From assembly GCA_964016885.1 (NCBI GenBank), contig OZ024746.1:15810001-15874000 (forward strand): DNA of 64,000 bases, given 5' to 3'. Made by a program: the position numbers and the translations under genes. Below the pieces are notes generated by a model. That model made no database searches and was not told the DNA's origin. It was given only the letters and a program-made list of their open reading frames with translations. This document shows positions 23,536 to 34,955 of this stretch, in pieces (the stretch's first letter is position 1; each line of letters starts with the position of its first letter). The stretch is from Eledone cirrhosa. Taxonomy: Eukaryota.

Positions 23536-23720
23536 ATAGGAACGAGTAGGACCCCGACGGCTGAGCTCAAGCCATTTCCACGGCTAATTCTGTCCAGAAT
23601 TAGCCGTCGAAACGGCTTGAGCTCAGCCGTCGGGGTTCTACTCGTTCCTATTACCCACTCTACTATTGAGTACTTTGGTGCGTTATGGTCCACCTGGTTC
23701 CTTACCACATTTCCTTCATT
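23536..23720. mobile_element. 116-bp near-perfect palindrome (23536-23651) made of two hammerhead 3' halves, plus a 3' extension
   Basis: The right arm reads TAGCCGTC-GAAAC-GGCT tGAGCTC AGCC-GTC-GGGG. It is homologous to the element at 24735-25070. Confidence 0.7.
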
Positions 23721-23746
23721 ATATATATATATAAATATATATATAT

Positions 23747-24277
23747 ATCATCATCATCATCTTCGTTTAACGTCCATTTTCCAGGCTAGCATGGGTTAGA
23801 CGGGAGTTGTCCCACTTGAGGCAAGGCTGGTCGGGTGACCGTGTCTCGCTCATCTAGGACTATCTGGCAGGTTTTCTACGGCTGGATGCCCTTCTTAACA
23901 CCAACCACATTTACAATGTGGAACTGGGAACTTTTTACCGTGTTACCTACACGGCCACATTACAGCGTGGACTGTGTGTGTTTTTTGTCGTGACACCTAC
24001 ACGATCTCGATCTCATTTTCTTGTGCTGTTGGTGGGAGTGGGAGGATAGGGTAGGGGTAGTGGATTGGGGTGTATATTTGGTTAAGAGGTGCCTACTGAC
24101 TGTAGGTTTTGCTTTGTACATAGGCAAGGCGGGTCTTCTGTATTACTGCGTAGCGCCAAAGATCTCGGTCCAGAGACATTGTCTTAGAGAGATGTAAGTG
24201 TGTGAGGTCGGAATTTATCAAATCGTACCAGGTTTTTCTGGGTCTACCTACTCTGTAACTACCATCAATTTTGCTCG

Positions 24278-24280
<3 letters not shown>
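23747..24280 (-). mobile_element. RTE LINE 3' fragment
   Basis: KIDGSYRVGRPRKTWYDLINSDLTHLHLSKTMSLDRDLWRYAVIQKTRL followed by a 3' UTR and (GAT)n. Same family as 29715-30955. Confidence 0.85.
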
Positions 24281-24328
<48 letters not shown>

Positions 24329-24329
<1 letters not shown>

Positions 24330-24671
24330 CATCATCATCATCATTTCATTTTACGTCCGCTTTTCCCTGCTTGCAAGGGTGGGACGGAAACTGATTCTGG
24401 CTTGATTTCTACAGCTGGTTGCCCTTCCTAACACCAACCTCATTTGCAGTGAGAGCTGGGTGCTTTTTTTGTCGTGGCACCTCCACGACCACTTTGCAGT
24501 GGAATGATAGGGACCCCAGTCCCTATCATCTCATTTCTACAGCTGAGTAAACTGGAGCAATGGGAAATAAAGTGTCTTGCTCAAGGAAACAACACATCAC
24601 CCAGTCCGAGAATTGAACTCACAACCTTTCGATTGCAAGGCCAATGCTCTAACCACAAAGCCATGTGCCTC
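24329..24671 (-). mobile_element. SINE family B
   Basis: Nearly identical to 3291-3632. Confidence 0.85.
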
Positions 24672-24704
24672 TATATATATACATATATATATATATATGA
24701 TTAG

Positions 24705-25070
24705 TTTCATTAAAATAAAAATGTTATAAAAAGTCAGGACCCAATGGCTGAGCTCTAGCTGTTTCAACAGCTAGTTCCGGACTGTTAGCTGAAAGGCCTT
24801 GGTTAACTGACAACATCCTGTAAAGAAAATGTACAAGTGGCTGGACAGTTTATACCCTTATATGGACAAACCTCCCCCCCCTGATGATATGGCCAGTCAA
24901 ACATGTATGGCCAGTCAACCATGAGGCTTTTTGGCTAACATTCCAGGACTAGCTGTTGAAATGGCAAGAGCTCGGTCCAGACTCTTAATAATATAACCAT
25001 ACTTTACTATCCCAAGTATTGAGTACTCTGTTGAATAATGGTCTAACTAGTTTTAAACTGGTTCTATCCT
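24705..25070. mobile_element. Degenerate hammerhead-bearing insert with an inverted duplication
   Basis: Inverted arms at about 24737-24812 and 24910-24978. Plus strand reads CCCC-CTGATGA (24881-87)-tATGGCcAGTC...GACTaGCTGTt-GAAAT-GGC..GAGCTC. Confidence 0.6.
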
Positions 25071-25145
25071 GATATATATATTATACATGCACACACACAC
25101 ATGAGCATATGTACTTTTGCTAGCAGGGAAAATAGACATTAATAA

Positions 25146-25213
<68 letters not shown>

Positions 25214-25291
25214 AATGCATTAATATATATATGTATATAAACATTAATAAATCCATATATATTTATTACACACACACAAATACATATGTGC

Positions 25292-25334
<43 letters not shown>

Positions 25335-25779
25335 GTGTATATATGCAGTGAAACATACATAGACACATGTAAAGAGATATGTATGTATGATAGATTTTAT
25401 TGATATCAATACATATCATGTATGTATGATAGATTTTATTGATATCAATCAGTACACAGAGTTAAGAAATATCCAGTGATATCAACATATAGCAAGCAAT
25501 ATATACAAAGTAGATATAGCTGAAGATATGAGGATGCACAAGAAGGAGATATCATATTTATCAACATAGCTACAGCAGACATTATTAATGAAGTATTTTC
25601 ATATTTGTTTAATTAGTAACCAGCTTCTTAATGATTATGTTATCATATATTTAATTGTCGTTATTCTCAGATGAATACAGAATACAAACAAGAGACTACT
25701 CACACATGCATGCATATACACACTTATATACAAACATACATACGCACATACTATATATATATATTTATGTTTGTGTGTG

Positions 25780-26235
25780 TGTATGTTTATATATATGTGT
25801 GTGTGGGTGTATATATATGTATATGTGTGTGTATGTGTGTATATGTGTATGTATATAAATATATGAGTGTATACATATCTCTGTGTGTATGTGTGTATAT
25901 GTGTATGTATATAAATATATGAGTGTATACATATGTCTGTGTGTATGTGTGTATATGTGTATGTATATAAATATATGAGTGTATACATATGTCTGTGTGT
26001 ATGTGTGTATATGTGTATGTATATAAATATATGTGTGTATACATATGTCTGTGTGTATGTGTGTATGTATATAAATATATGTGTATATTTATATACATAT
26101 CTCTGTGTGTATGTGTGTATATGTGTATGTATATAAATATATGTGTGTATACATATGTCTGTGTGTATGTGTGTATATGTGTATGTATATAAATATATGT
26201 GTGTATATTTATGTACATATGTCTGTGTGTATGTG
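25780..26235. repeat. ~56-bp TA/TG-derived minisatellite
   Basis: ATAAATATATG.GTGTATACATAT.TCTGTGTGTATG recurs. Confidence 0.8.
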
Positions 26236-26340
26236 TACTCTTTTACTCTTTTACCTGTTCCAGCCATCCGGCTGAGGCCATGCTGGGGCACCACCCTTAT
26301 ATATATATATATATGTATATATATGTATATATATATATAT

Positions 26341-26488
26341 TCATTTTATTAAGGCTAAATAGGGAATCTTGTTACTTCGGAGTTTCACCTGTTTATCGCA
26401 TGGTTATATTCTTTGATATTCCTAATAAAATTAATATTAAAACTCTTCTTTGTTATTGAATACTACTTTCTCTCAGCCATCAACCACA
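26341..26488 (-). mobile_element. Partial copy of the 41546-41655 hammerhead-like family
   Basis: Minus strand: GCTGAGAGAAAG.AGTA.TCAAT and GATAAACAGGt-GAAAC-TCCGAA-GTA-ACAAG. Confidence 0.55.
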
Positions 26489-26493
26489 TATGT

Positions 26494-26824
26494 ATCATTT
26501 CATTTTATGTCCACTTTTCCCTGCTTGCAAGGGTGGGACGGGAACTGATTCTGGCTTGATTTCTACAGCTGGATGCCCTTCCTAACACCAACCTCATTTA
26601 CAGTGAGTGCTGGGTGCTTTTTTGCCGTGGCCCCTCCACGACCACTTTACAGTGGAATGATAGGGACCCCAGTCCTATCATCTCATTTCTACAGCTGAGT
26701 AAACTGGAGCAATGTGAAATAAAGTGTCTTGCTCAAGGAAACAACACATCACCCGATCTGAGAATTGAACTCTCAACCTTTCGATTGCAAGGCCAATGCT
26801 CTAACCACTAAGCCATGTGCCTCC
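26494..26824 (-). mobile_element. SINE family B
   Basis: Matches 3291-3632. Confidence 0.85.
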
Positions 26825-26826
26825 AT

Positions 26827-26862
<36 letters not shown>

Positions 26863-26866
<4 letters not shown>

Positions 26867-27562
26867 TCATCATCATCATCATCACCGTTTTACGTCCGTT
26901 CTCCCATGCTAGCATGGGTTAGACGGGTTGTCCTGTTGTGGGCAGTGTCTGGTCGGCTGACCATGCCTTGCTCATACAGGAACTGATTTTGGCTTGATTT
27001 CTACAGCTGGATGCCCTTCCTAACACCAACCTCATTTACAGTGAGTGCTGGGTGCTTTTTCGTGGCGCCTACACGTCCACTTTACAGTGTGGGCTGGGTG
27101 CTTTTTTGCCGTGGCGCCTCCATGACCACTTTGCAGTGGGAGGGTGTGGGGGCATATTGTCTATATGCTTCAGCTTGTACCCATGGGAGGTCGGGTACTC
27201 TGTATTACTGCGTGACGCCAGAGTTCACAGTCGTGTGTCACCGCGTTTGAGAGGTGTATTTGGGTAAGGTCGGCTTTTATCACCTCATCCCAGGTCTTCT
27301 TGGGTTTCCCCACTCCGCGGCTTCCATTGACTTCTAGTGCTCTGCACCTTTTTATGCAGCTGTCATCCTTCATACGCATCACATGTCCATACCAATGCAA
27401 CCGCCTCTCCTGCACACAGCATTTGATTCCTCTTATGCTCAGTCTCTCTCTCAATTCATTTATGCTTTGCCGTTCGCGTATATTACTATTACACATCCAT
27501 TGGAGCATGCAGGCTTCGTTTCTTTCTAATCTACGTAAGTCTTCCACCTTCAGCGCCCAGGT
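26863..27562 (-). mobile_element. RTE LINE 3' fragment (second subfamily)
   Basis: TWALKVEDLRRLERNEACMLQWMC..RRLHWYGHVMRM..GKPKKTWDEVIKADL followed by a UTR and (GAT)n. Confidence 0.9.
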
Positions 27563-27589
27563 GAAGATATAGATATAGATATATATATG

Positions 27590-27623
<34 letters not shown>

Positions 27624-27812
27624 TACTACATTATCATCATCATCATGACTGTATAAATTCTATTTTCCATGCAGCATGTGTTAGACTACACCAACAAACA
27701 CACACATCTGTTACTTCATTATAAATTGATTCCCACCACCACCGGTACTTACCCCCCTGCTAGCACCCAGACCAACATAAACATATAAATAAACTTGAGC
27801 CTACAACATGAT

Positions 27813-27855
27813 GCAGTCAGATGAAGCAACTAAGCCGAAACTTTGATGTCATTGT
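27813..27855 (+). ncRNA. Degenerate minimal type I hammerhead-like motif
   Basis: GCAGT-CaGATGA-aGC aactaa GCc-GAAAC tttgat GTC-ATTGT. U4 of the core is changed to A. Confidence 0.5.
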
Positions 27856-28735
27856 CACTTTTTCTACTCCCAAAATATAATTTACACTATATTAACCTAT
27901 ATTGAGTGCTCAGTGAATTAATGTTTGCATGTTTTAAATACTGTTCTATTTTAAACACCCATTCTAATAAATATATATAATAAACAAATAAATATATATA
28001 ATAAATATATATATATATCATCATCATCATCATTTAACATCCACTCATATGTATACATATATGGATATATATATGGATATAATTAAATATATATATATAT
28101 CATCATCATCATTTAACATCCACTCATATGTATACATACATGTATATATATAACTAAATATTTTATATACAGAAGTGTTTTCCAAAAATCTTCCATGAAA
28201 GGATAGAAAAGATAAACCAGAGATATATTTTTAAAGACAATTTAATGGTGGTGCCATAGGAATTCGTTTGAGCATTTTATGGAAGAATTTTTTAAAAGTA
28301 ATTCTCTGTATTTCATTGTGTTTTCTGACATAAGCACTCAAATGAAATAATGTTACAATTTGTTTGGTTTATGACAGAAACAAAACACAGCAATTCTATC
28401 AGGCAAAATATCAATTCCTTAGACTTGGCGGCGTTACTACAAAGAATGCGGTTCCGTTAAATTTATTAATGTTTCTATTAAGAAACAGAAAGATTCTAAT
28501 ATTTAAATATTTACATTTCCGTTCAATGTTTTGACAGATTGCTGATCAATAAGATCCTTTAAAACTGGTTTATATTATTTAGTACTTTCCGACTTTCATC
28601 TTTTTTTTTTTGGTTTGGTTTTATTTCATTCCACAACAACAATAACAACAATAACAATGATAATTATGATGATGGTGATGATGTACTAGATATGTTAGAA
28701 AGAGGTTACAGGATTATATATGTATGTGTGTGTGT

Positions 28736-29070
28736 AGTACAAGCTGAAGCATATAGTGAGAGTAGTACAAGCTGAAGCATATAGACAATATGCCCCCACA
28801 CCCTCCCACTGCAAAGTGGTCGTCGAGGTGCCATGGCAAAAAAGCACCCAGCCCACACTGTAAAGTGGACGTGCAGGCGCCATGGAAAAAAGCACCCAGC
28901 ACTCACTGTAAATGAGGTTGGTGTTAGGAAGGGCATCCAGCTGTAGAAATCAAGCCAAAATCAGTTCCTGTATGAGCAAGCCATGGTCAGCCGACCAGAC
29001 ACTGCCCACAACAGGACAACCCGTCTAACCCATGCTAGCATAGAAGAACGGACGTAAAACGGTGATGATG
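28736..29070 (+). mobile_element. RTE 3' UTR fragment
   Basis: Reverse complement of about 26870-27180; ends in (GAT)n. Confidence 0.85.
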
Positions 29071-29074
29071 ATAT

Positions 29075-29108
<34 letters not shown>

Positions 29109-29359
29109 ACATATATATATGCGTGTGTGTATATATATATGCGTGTATGTATATATATATATATATAGAGAGAGAGAGATAATTTAATATATCTACTAAC
29201 ATAAGCGCACAGATGTACGCTAATGCCAGCAAATACACAGGTTATGTCATAGTACCTAGGTGGTTCAATGCAGGAGGATGCAGAACAATAATATAAAAGA
29301 CGTAAAATAAGAAAATTTAAAAAAAAAATTTAAAAAAAATTAACTTACTTAAATTTTCA

Positions 29360-29439
29360 CTCCAACTAATTAGTTTCTGCAATGGGATAAAGACAGTTAC
29401 GTAATGAACTGTTGAGAATTTCATTGCGTCATCAGGGAG
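29360..29439 (-). ncRNA. Type I hammerhead ribozyme (minus-strand copy)
   Basis: Reverse complement of 29519-29598 with the core intact. Confidence 0.7.
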
Positions 29440-29518
29440 ATCTATTCTCAGCCAAGTCTCTTTTTTATATGAGTCCCCAGTGTCCGCGCATTGCCTGGAG
29501 ACTTGGCTGAGAATAGAT

Positions 29519-29598
29519 CTCCCTGATGACGCAATGAAATTCTCAACAGTTCATTACGTAACTGTCTTTATTCCATTGCAGAAACTAATTAGTTGGAG
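29519..29598 (+). ncRNA. Type I hammerhead ribozyme
   Basis: Stem I CTCC/GGAG; CTGATGA 29523-29; stem II GCAATGaAAT/ATTcCATTGC capped by ACAGTT/AACTGT; GAAAC 29581-85; palindromic TAATTA; GTT 29592-94. Confidence 0.75.
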
Positions 29599-29661
29599 TG
29601 CAAATTTAAGTAAGTAAGTTAATTTTTTTTAAATTTAAAAAAAAAATGTTCTTATTTTACG

Positions 29662-29714
<53 letters not shown>

Positions 29715-29717
<3 letters not shown>

Positions 29718-30955
29718 TCATCATCATCAACGTTTAATGTCCGTGTTCCACACTTGCATGGGTTTGGACGGGGGTTTTCCCACTTGAGGCAAGAGTGATT
29801 GTCTTGCTTGCATAGGACTGTCTGGCGGGTTTTCTACAGCTGGATGCCCTTCCTAACACCAACCACATTTACAGTGTGGGGCTGGGAGGTTTTTACCGTA
29901 TTGCCTACACGGCCACATTACAGCGTGGACTGTGTGTTTTTTTTTGTCGTGACACCTACACGATCTCATTTGTTTTGGCCTGGATGTTGTGGCACCAACA
30001 TAACTTTACATTGAAAGGGGCGGTGTGGATGAGGTGGGGGTGGTGGGACGGGGGTGTATTTTGTTAGAGATGCCTACTGACTGTAGTAGGATTTACTTTG
30101 TATTTAGGTAAGGCGGGTCTTCTCTATTACTGAGTACCGCCATAGGTCTCGGTCCAGTGACATTGTCTTGGAGAGGTGTAAGTGTGTGAGGTCGGAATTT
30201 ATCAGCTCATCCCAGGTTTTTCTGGGTCTGCCTACTCCGTGGCTACCGTCTATCTTTATTGCCCTGCACTTTGTTATACAGCTATCGTCTTTCATGCGCA
30301 TCACGTGACCATACCAACGTAGCCTTCTCTCGAGTAAACAACATCTGATCCCTCTTATTTCTAATTTTTTCCTTAGTTCGTTTATGCTTTGCCGTATATT
30401 ACTATTACACATCCAGCGGAGCATGCAAGCTTCGTTCCTCTCTAGTCTGCATATATCCTCTGCACACAATGCCCAGGTCTCACTGCCATGCAACATTGTT
30501 GTTCATATGCAGGCATCATACAACCTGCCTTTCATTTTTAGGGAGAACCCTTTAGCGGCTAATAGTGGTATAAGCTCTCTGAACTTTTTCCATCCAGTTC
30601 TGACTCTAGCTACTGTACTTTCAGAGCACCCTCCCCCACTGCTGATTTTGTCACCCAGGTAACGGAAGCTGTCCACTATTTTTATAGAGCCCTCTGCGCA
30701 GTTGAAAGAGCTTGTATTCTGTGGGCACTTGCTGCTACTTATTGCACCAGAGCACCGGCCACATGTAAAATCTATGTTCTTAGTTAGCTTACCTGTGATC
30801 CCACTACATCTTTTATGCACCCATACTTTGCATTTAGGACACAAAATGGAGTTTCTACCTACGCCTTTCCTACACACCGAGCATGGCCACTTCCCGGAAG
30901 GGACCGCCGCCTTATTTTCTTTACTACAAACTAGAACTTTGGTCTTAGCCAGGTT
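29715..30955 (-). mobile_element. 5'-truncated RTE-clade LINE: ORF2 C-terminal part with a PHD-like finger, 3' UTR and (GAT)n tail
   Basis: [89 protein letters not shown], with one in-frame stop near 30503. Confidence 0.92.
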
Positions 30956-31014
30956 ATATATATACATATATATATGTGTGTGTGTGTGGGTGTATATATA
31001 TATGTATATATATA

Positions 31015-31119
<105 letters not shown>

Positions 31120-31206
31120 GTTTTTATATATGTGTATGTATATATGTTTATATATATGTGCATATATATATATGTTTATACATTTGTGTATATACATCTT
31201 TATATA

Positions 31207-31242
<36 letters not shown>

Positions 31243-31244
31243 GC

Positions 31245-31785
31245 CAATCACGTAATACAGAACAGTGTCATACCCAATGACGAGTGCAGCGTTACAATCA
31301 TAAATTGCTACAAGGGCAAATGTAGTGCCCTAGAGAGGAGCAACTATAGAGGAATAAAACTAATGAACGTAATGGAAAGAGTTAGAGTGCAATAAATTAT
31401 TGAAAGAGATGCAGTTTTGTTTCAAACCTGGAAAAAGTACTACAGATGCCTTATTTTTAGTGAGGCAGCTACAAGATAAGTTCTTAACCAAAAATAGGCT
31501 ACTATACCTAGCTTTCATTGACCTAAAAAAAGGGTTTGACAGAGTATCCCAATCTATTATCTGTTGGTCCTTAAAGAAATTAGGTGTAGAAGAATGGTTG
31601 GTGAGAGCAGCGTGAGTCATTTACTGAGGAGCTGTCAATAAAGTGAGAGTAGGAAATGAGTTTAGTGAGGAATTCAAGGTACAAGTAGGAGTTCATGAAG
31701 GTTCGGTTCTTAGCCCAAAACTATTCATTATAGTCTTCCAGGCTACAAGAGAGGAGTTTAAGACCAGCTGACCATAGGAACTTAA
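31245..31785 (+). pseudogene. Degenerate RTE reverse-transcriptase fragment
   Basis: YKGK..NYRGIKLM..MQFCFKPGKSTTDALFLVRQLQ..YLAFIDLKKGFDRV..GVHEGSVLSPKLFIIV, with stops and frameshifts; it ends before YADD. Confidence 0.85.
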
Positions 31786-31786
31786 G

Positions 31787-32186
31787 TGGAGCAAGGAGAG
31801 GAAGACAAGAAAAATAAGAGCAAGGAAAAATAGGAGAGCAATGAGAACCAGGAGAGCAAGGAGAGGAAGCAGAACAAAGGGAGCAAGGAGAGCAAGGAGA
31901 GCAGAGAAAAGAGAGCAAGGAGAGAAAGAGAAAAAAGAGAAGGAGAGCAAAGAAAGCAAGGAGAAGGAGAGCAAGGAAAGCAAGTGGAAGGAGAGCAAGG
32001 AAAGCAAGGGGGGGAGCAAGGAGAGCAAGGAGAAGGGGAGCAAGGGAAGGAGAGAAAGGAATGGAGAACAAGGAGAGCAAGAGAAAGGAGGAGAGAAAGG
32101 AGAGCAAGGAGAACAAGGGGAATGAGAGCAAGGAGAAGGAGAGCAAAGAGAGCAAGGAGAGAAAGGATAGAAAGGAGAGCAAGGCG
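31787..32186 (+). repeat. Purine-rich GGAGAGCAA-type degenerate tandem repeat
   Basis: Directly visible. Confidence 0.85.
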
Positions 32187-32655
32187 ATGAGTGGGTGGGT
32201 GGTGGAGTGATGGAGTGTGTAGTGTGTGTATAAGTGTATGTGGGGGGCTAAAGTAAGATGGGTGGGGAGTTTGAACCGTCCAGGTCTGGAGAAGGAAAAT
32301 TGTGAGTTACTCAAGTCAAAGGTATGATTCTGGGACTCCGGAGTACGCAAAAAGTCCATCCTTCACTCTCCTTCCTCCCTCCTCTCCTCCTTTCCTCTTC
32401 TTCTTCCCTTACCTCAACTTTCTCCCCTTTCTCCCCCCCCCCCACTTCCCGGCTCTTCCCCTCATCTCCTCCCCTCTCTCCAAGACAACTAAGTAACATG
32501 TGACGTTATTTGTACACTATATGGAGGACTAAACCAGATACATTTTTACACCTATCTTTTTCTTTTTATTAAATTCTTAAATAACTGAATCTTTGACCAG
32601 TGATACATTATTGAATGGAATATTTAATAGTGAATTGATATTATTATTATTTTGA

Positions 32656-32846
32656 GGCAGGGGATTGGCAGTATCGGTAGAGGGTCGGATGCCATGCTTT
32701 GACGCATAGAGTTACGGCCCTTGCCATTCTGAGTTCAAATCCCGTCGAGGTCAACTTTGCCTTTCATCCTTACGGGGTTGATAAAATATAGTACCAGTAA
32801 TGTACTGGGTAATTGCTGGCCTTGTGCCAAAAGTAGAAACAATTAT
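32656..32846 (+). mobile_element. SINE family A, full length
   Basis: A and B boxes, core and tail are present. ATTATTATTTT on both sides is a probable target-site duplication. Confidence 0.85.
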
Positions 32847-33344
32847 TATTTTAAATATTAATATTAATACTATTTCTACTAGTTTTTACTATATTGTTAT
32901 TTTTATTTTAAATTTATTAATATTGTTATTTATATTAGCATTATTAAAAAGATGCTTGGAAATACATTTGTGTGTAATGATATTATTATTATTAATTACA
33001 TTTAAAGTAGGGTTAAAGTGCATTTCCTCATTGCACCAGATCTAGTAAGAGCTTCATTATAACATTGAGCGTTTTGGTTAATATATCTTTATTAGCAAAA
33101 AGTCTAGAAATTCTACCAGATACCTTATAAATAATAAATTTGATAACAGATTTAGAGTGCTTCAAATTTTTATGTGCTAATATAAAAATTGACAAGGTCT
33201 AAGAAGTTCAGTATTAAATCTAGTGTGACATCCATGAAAATTAATGACCTTGTATTAGTTTCAATTGTTATAGCTAAGTTAATTTTCTTTGCCTTTATAT
33301 TATTATCAACTCATTTAAACTCGTTTATATATATATATATAAAC

Positions 33345-33675
33345 GCATGGCTTAGTGGTTAGAGCATTGGGCTTGCAATTGAAAGGTTGTGAGTTCGATT
33401 CTCAGACCGGGTGATGTATTATGTCCTTGAGCAAGACTCTTTATTTCACATTGCTCCAGTTTACTCAGCTGTAGAAATGAGTTACGACATTACTGGTGCC
33501 AATCTGTATCAGCCTTTGCCTTTCCCTTGGACAACATCGGTGGCGTGGAGAGGGGAGGCTGGTATGTATGAGCGACTGCTGGTCTTCCACAAAAACAAAC
33601 CTTGCCCAGGAGGGAAACTTTCTAGGTGCAAAACCATGGTCATTTGTGACCGAGTGGGGCCAAAGCAAAGAAGCA
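33345..33675 (+). mobile_element. SINE with the family B head and a different 3' half
   Basis: Matches family B up to CAGCTGTAGAAATGAG (about 33481), then diverges. Confidence 0.8.
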
Positions 33676-33836
33676 ATATATATATATATAAATATATATA
33701 TCGGCCTGGAGAGGGATGGGCTCCACCAGGCTTAAAATGCCCAAGAAACGGTGTATGTCAATACAGCGTTCCTCTGGAGTTACGGGACAATACATACATA
33801 TATATATATATATACATATATATACATATATATATA

Positions 33837-34447
33837 TAAAAGACGTAAAATAAGAAAATAAAAAAAAAAAAAAAAATTTTAAAGAATTAACTTACTTAAA
33901 TTTTCACTCCAACTAATTAGTTTCTGCAATGGGATAAAGACAGTTACGTAATGAACTCTTGAGAATTTCATTGCGTCATCAGGGAGGTCTATTCTCAGCC
34001 AAGTCTCCAGGCAATGCGCGGACACTGGGGACTCATATAAAAATAATAATAATTTGGTAAATGGAACAGCTATCGAGGACTGGAATCCAGGCACTAAAAA
34101 TTCTCACTGCCACTGGTCAAATGGCCGATTCTAAAGAATCAATCACGTGACACTGAGGCTAGTCAGTAGGAATGGGATGGTAAGATGACAGACGCCTACT
34201 AACACCCCCCAAAAAATTTTTAGTAGTGGTTTTGGCAGGTTTGCTCGACAAATCAGTGATTTGGAGATAAATATAGATAATTTAATATATCTACTAACAT
34301 AAGCGCACAGATGTACGCTAATGCCAGCAAATACACAGGTTATGTCATAGTACCTAGGTGGTTCAATGCAGGAGGATGCAGAACAATAATATAAAAGACG
34401 TAAAATAAGAAAATAAAAAAAATAAAAAATTTTAAAGAATTAACTTA
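33837..34447 (-). mobile_element. Terminally redundant 555-bp non-coding hammerhead element (Penelope-like or retrozyme-like)
   Basis: TAAAAGACGTAAAATAAGAAAAT...TTTTAAAGAATTAACTTA occurs at 33837 and 34392. (TA)n flanks both sides. No credible ORF. Confidence 0.75.
33907..33986 (-). ncRNA. Type I hammerhead ribozyme (third copy of the 29519 family)
   Basis: Minus strand CTCC-CTGATGA-cGCAATG...CATTGCa-GAAAC-TAATTA-GTT-GGAG. Confidence 0.7.
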
Positions 34448-34477
34448 ATATATATATATGTATATATATATATATAT

Positions 34478-34955
34478 CAAATTAAAAAACGGAGTTAAAA
34501 ACTCACATTAATCCCTGTAATTTAATGAGCTCAAGGTATAGATACCATGAAAACCCAAAGAGGTATGTTTTCAATTACAGGGGGTAGAGAACCACAAAGC
34601 AGTATGGTATCTCTACTTTAGAGTTTGTCCCAGGTGTTTATAGTTATAAAAGGTTCCTTTGTACATTTTGATTTATTCTTTTAATTAATATGTATTTTCC
34701 ACTCCTTTTGTAGACTTTATGATTTTCACTCTAGTGGTTCTCTACCCCTTGTAATTGAAAACATACCTCTTTGGGTTTTCTTCTCTATATACTGTATTAA
34801 AATGAAAAATACTTACCTCTTAATTTTAAATCTTTAATTTTTAGTTTTTAATTCTTATTAATTCTTTTTAATTATAATACTCACCATTTGATAAGATGAA
34901 TTTTACTAATACATCGAAACCGGTAATTCTTTATATACTTTATATACATTATAAA
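34478..34955. mobile_element. Insert with a 47-bp inverted repeat and a decayed hammerhead-like motif
   Basis: Arms at 34549-34595 and 34734-34780. tTGATaA-GATG...CATC-GAAAC-CG-GTA at 34888-34925. Confidence 0.5.

Larger units (their letters stand above)
29177..29668. mobile_element. Hammerhead-bearing element with an ~170-bp inverted duplication
   Basis: Arms at 29294-29460 and 29498-29668. All parts are found in the 33837-34447 element. Flanked by (TA)(GA)n and (TA)n. Confidence 0.8.
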
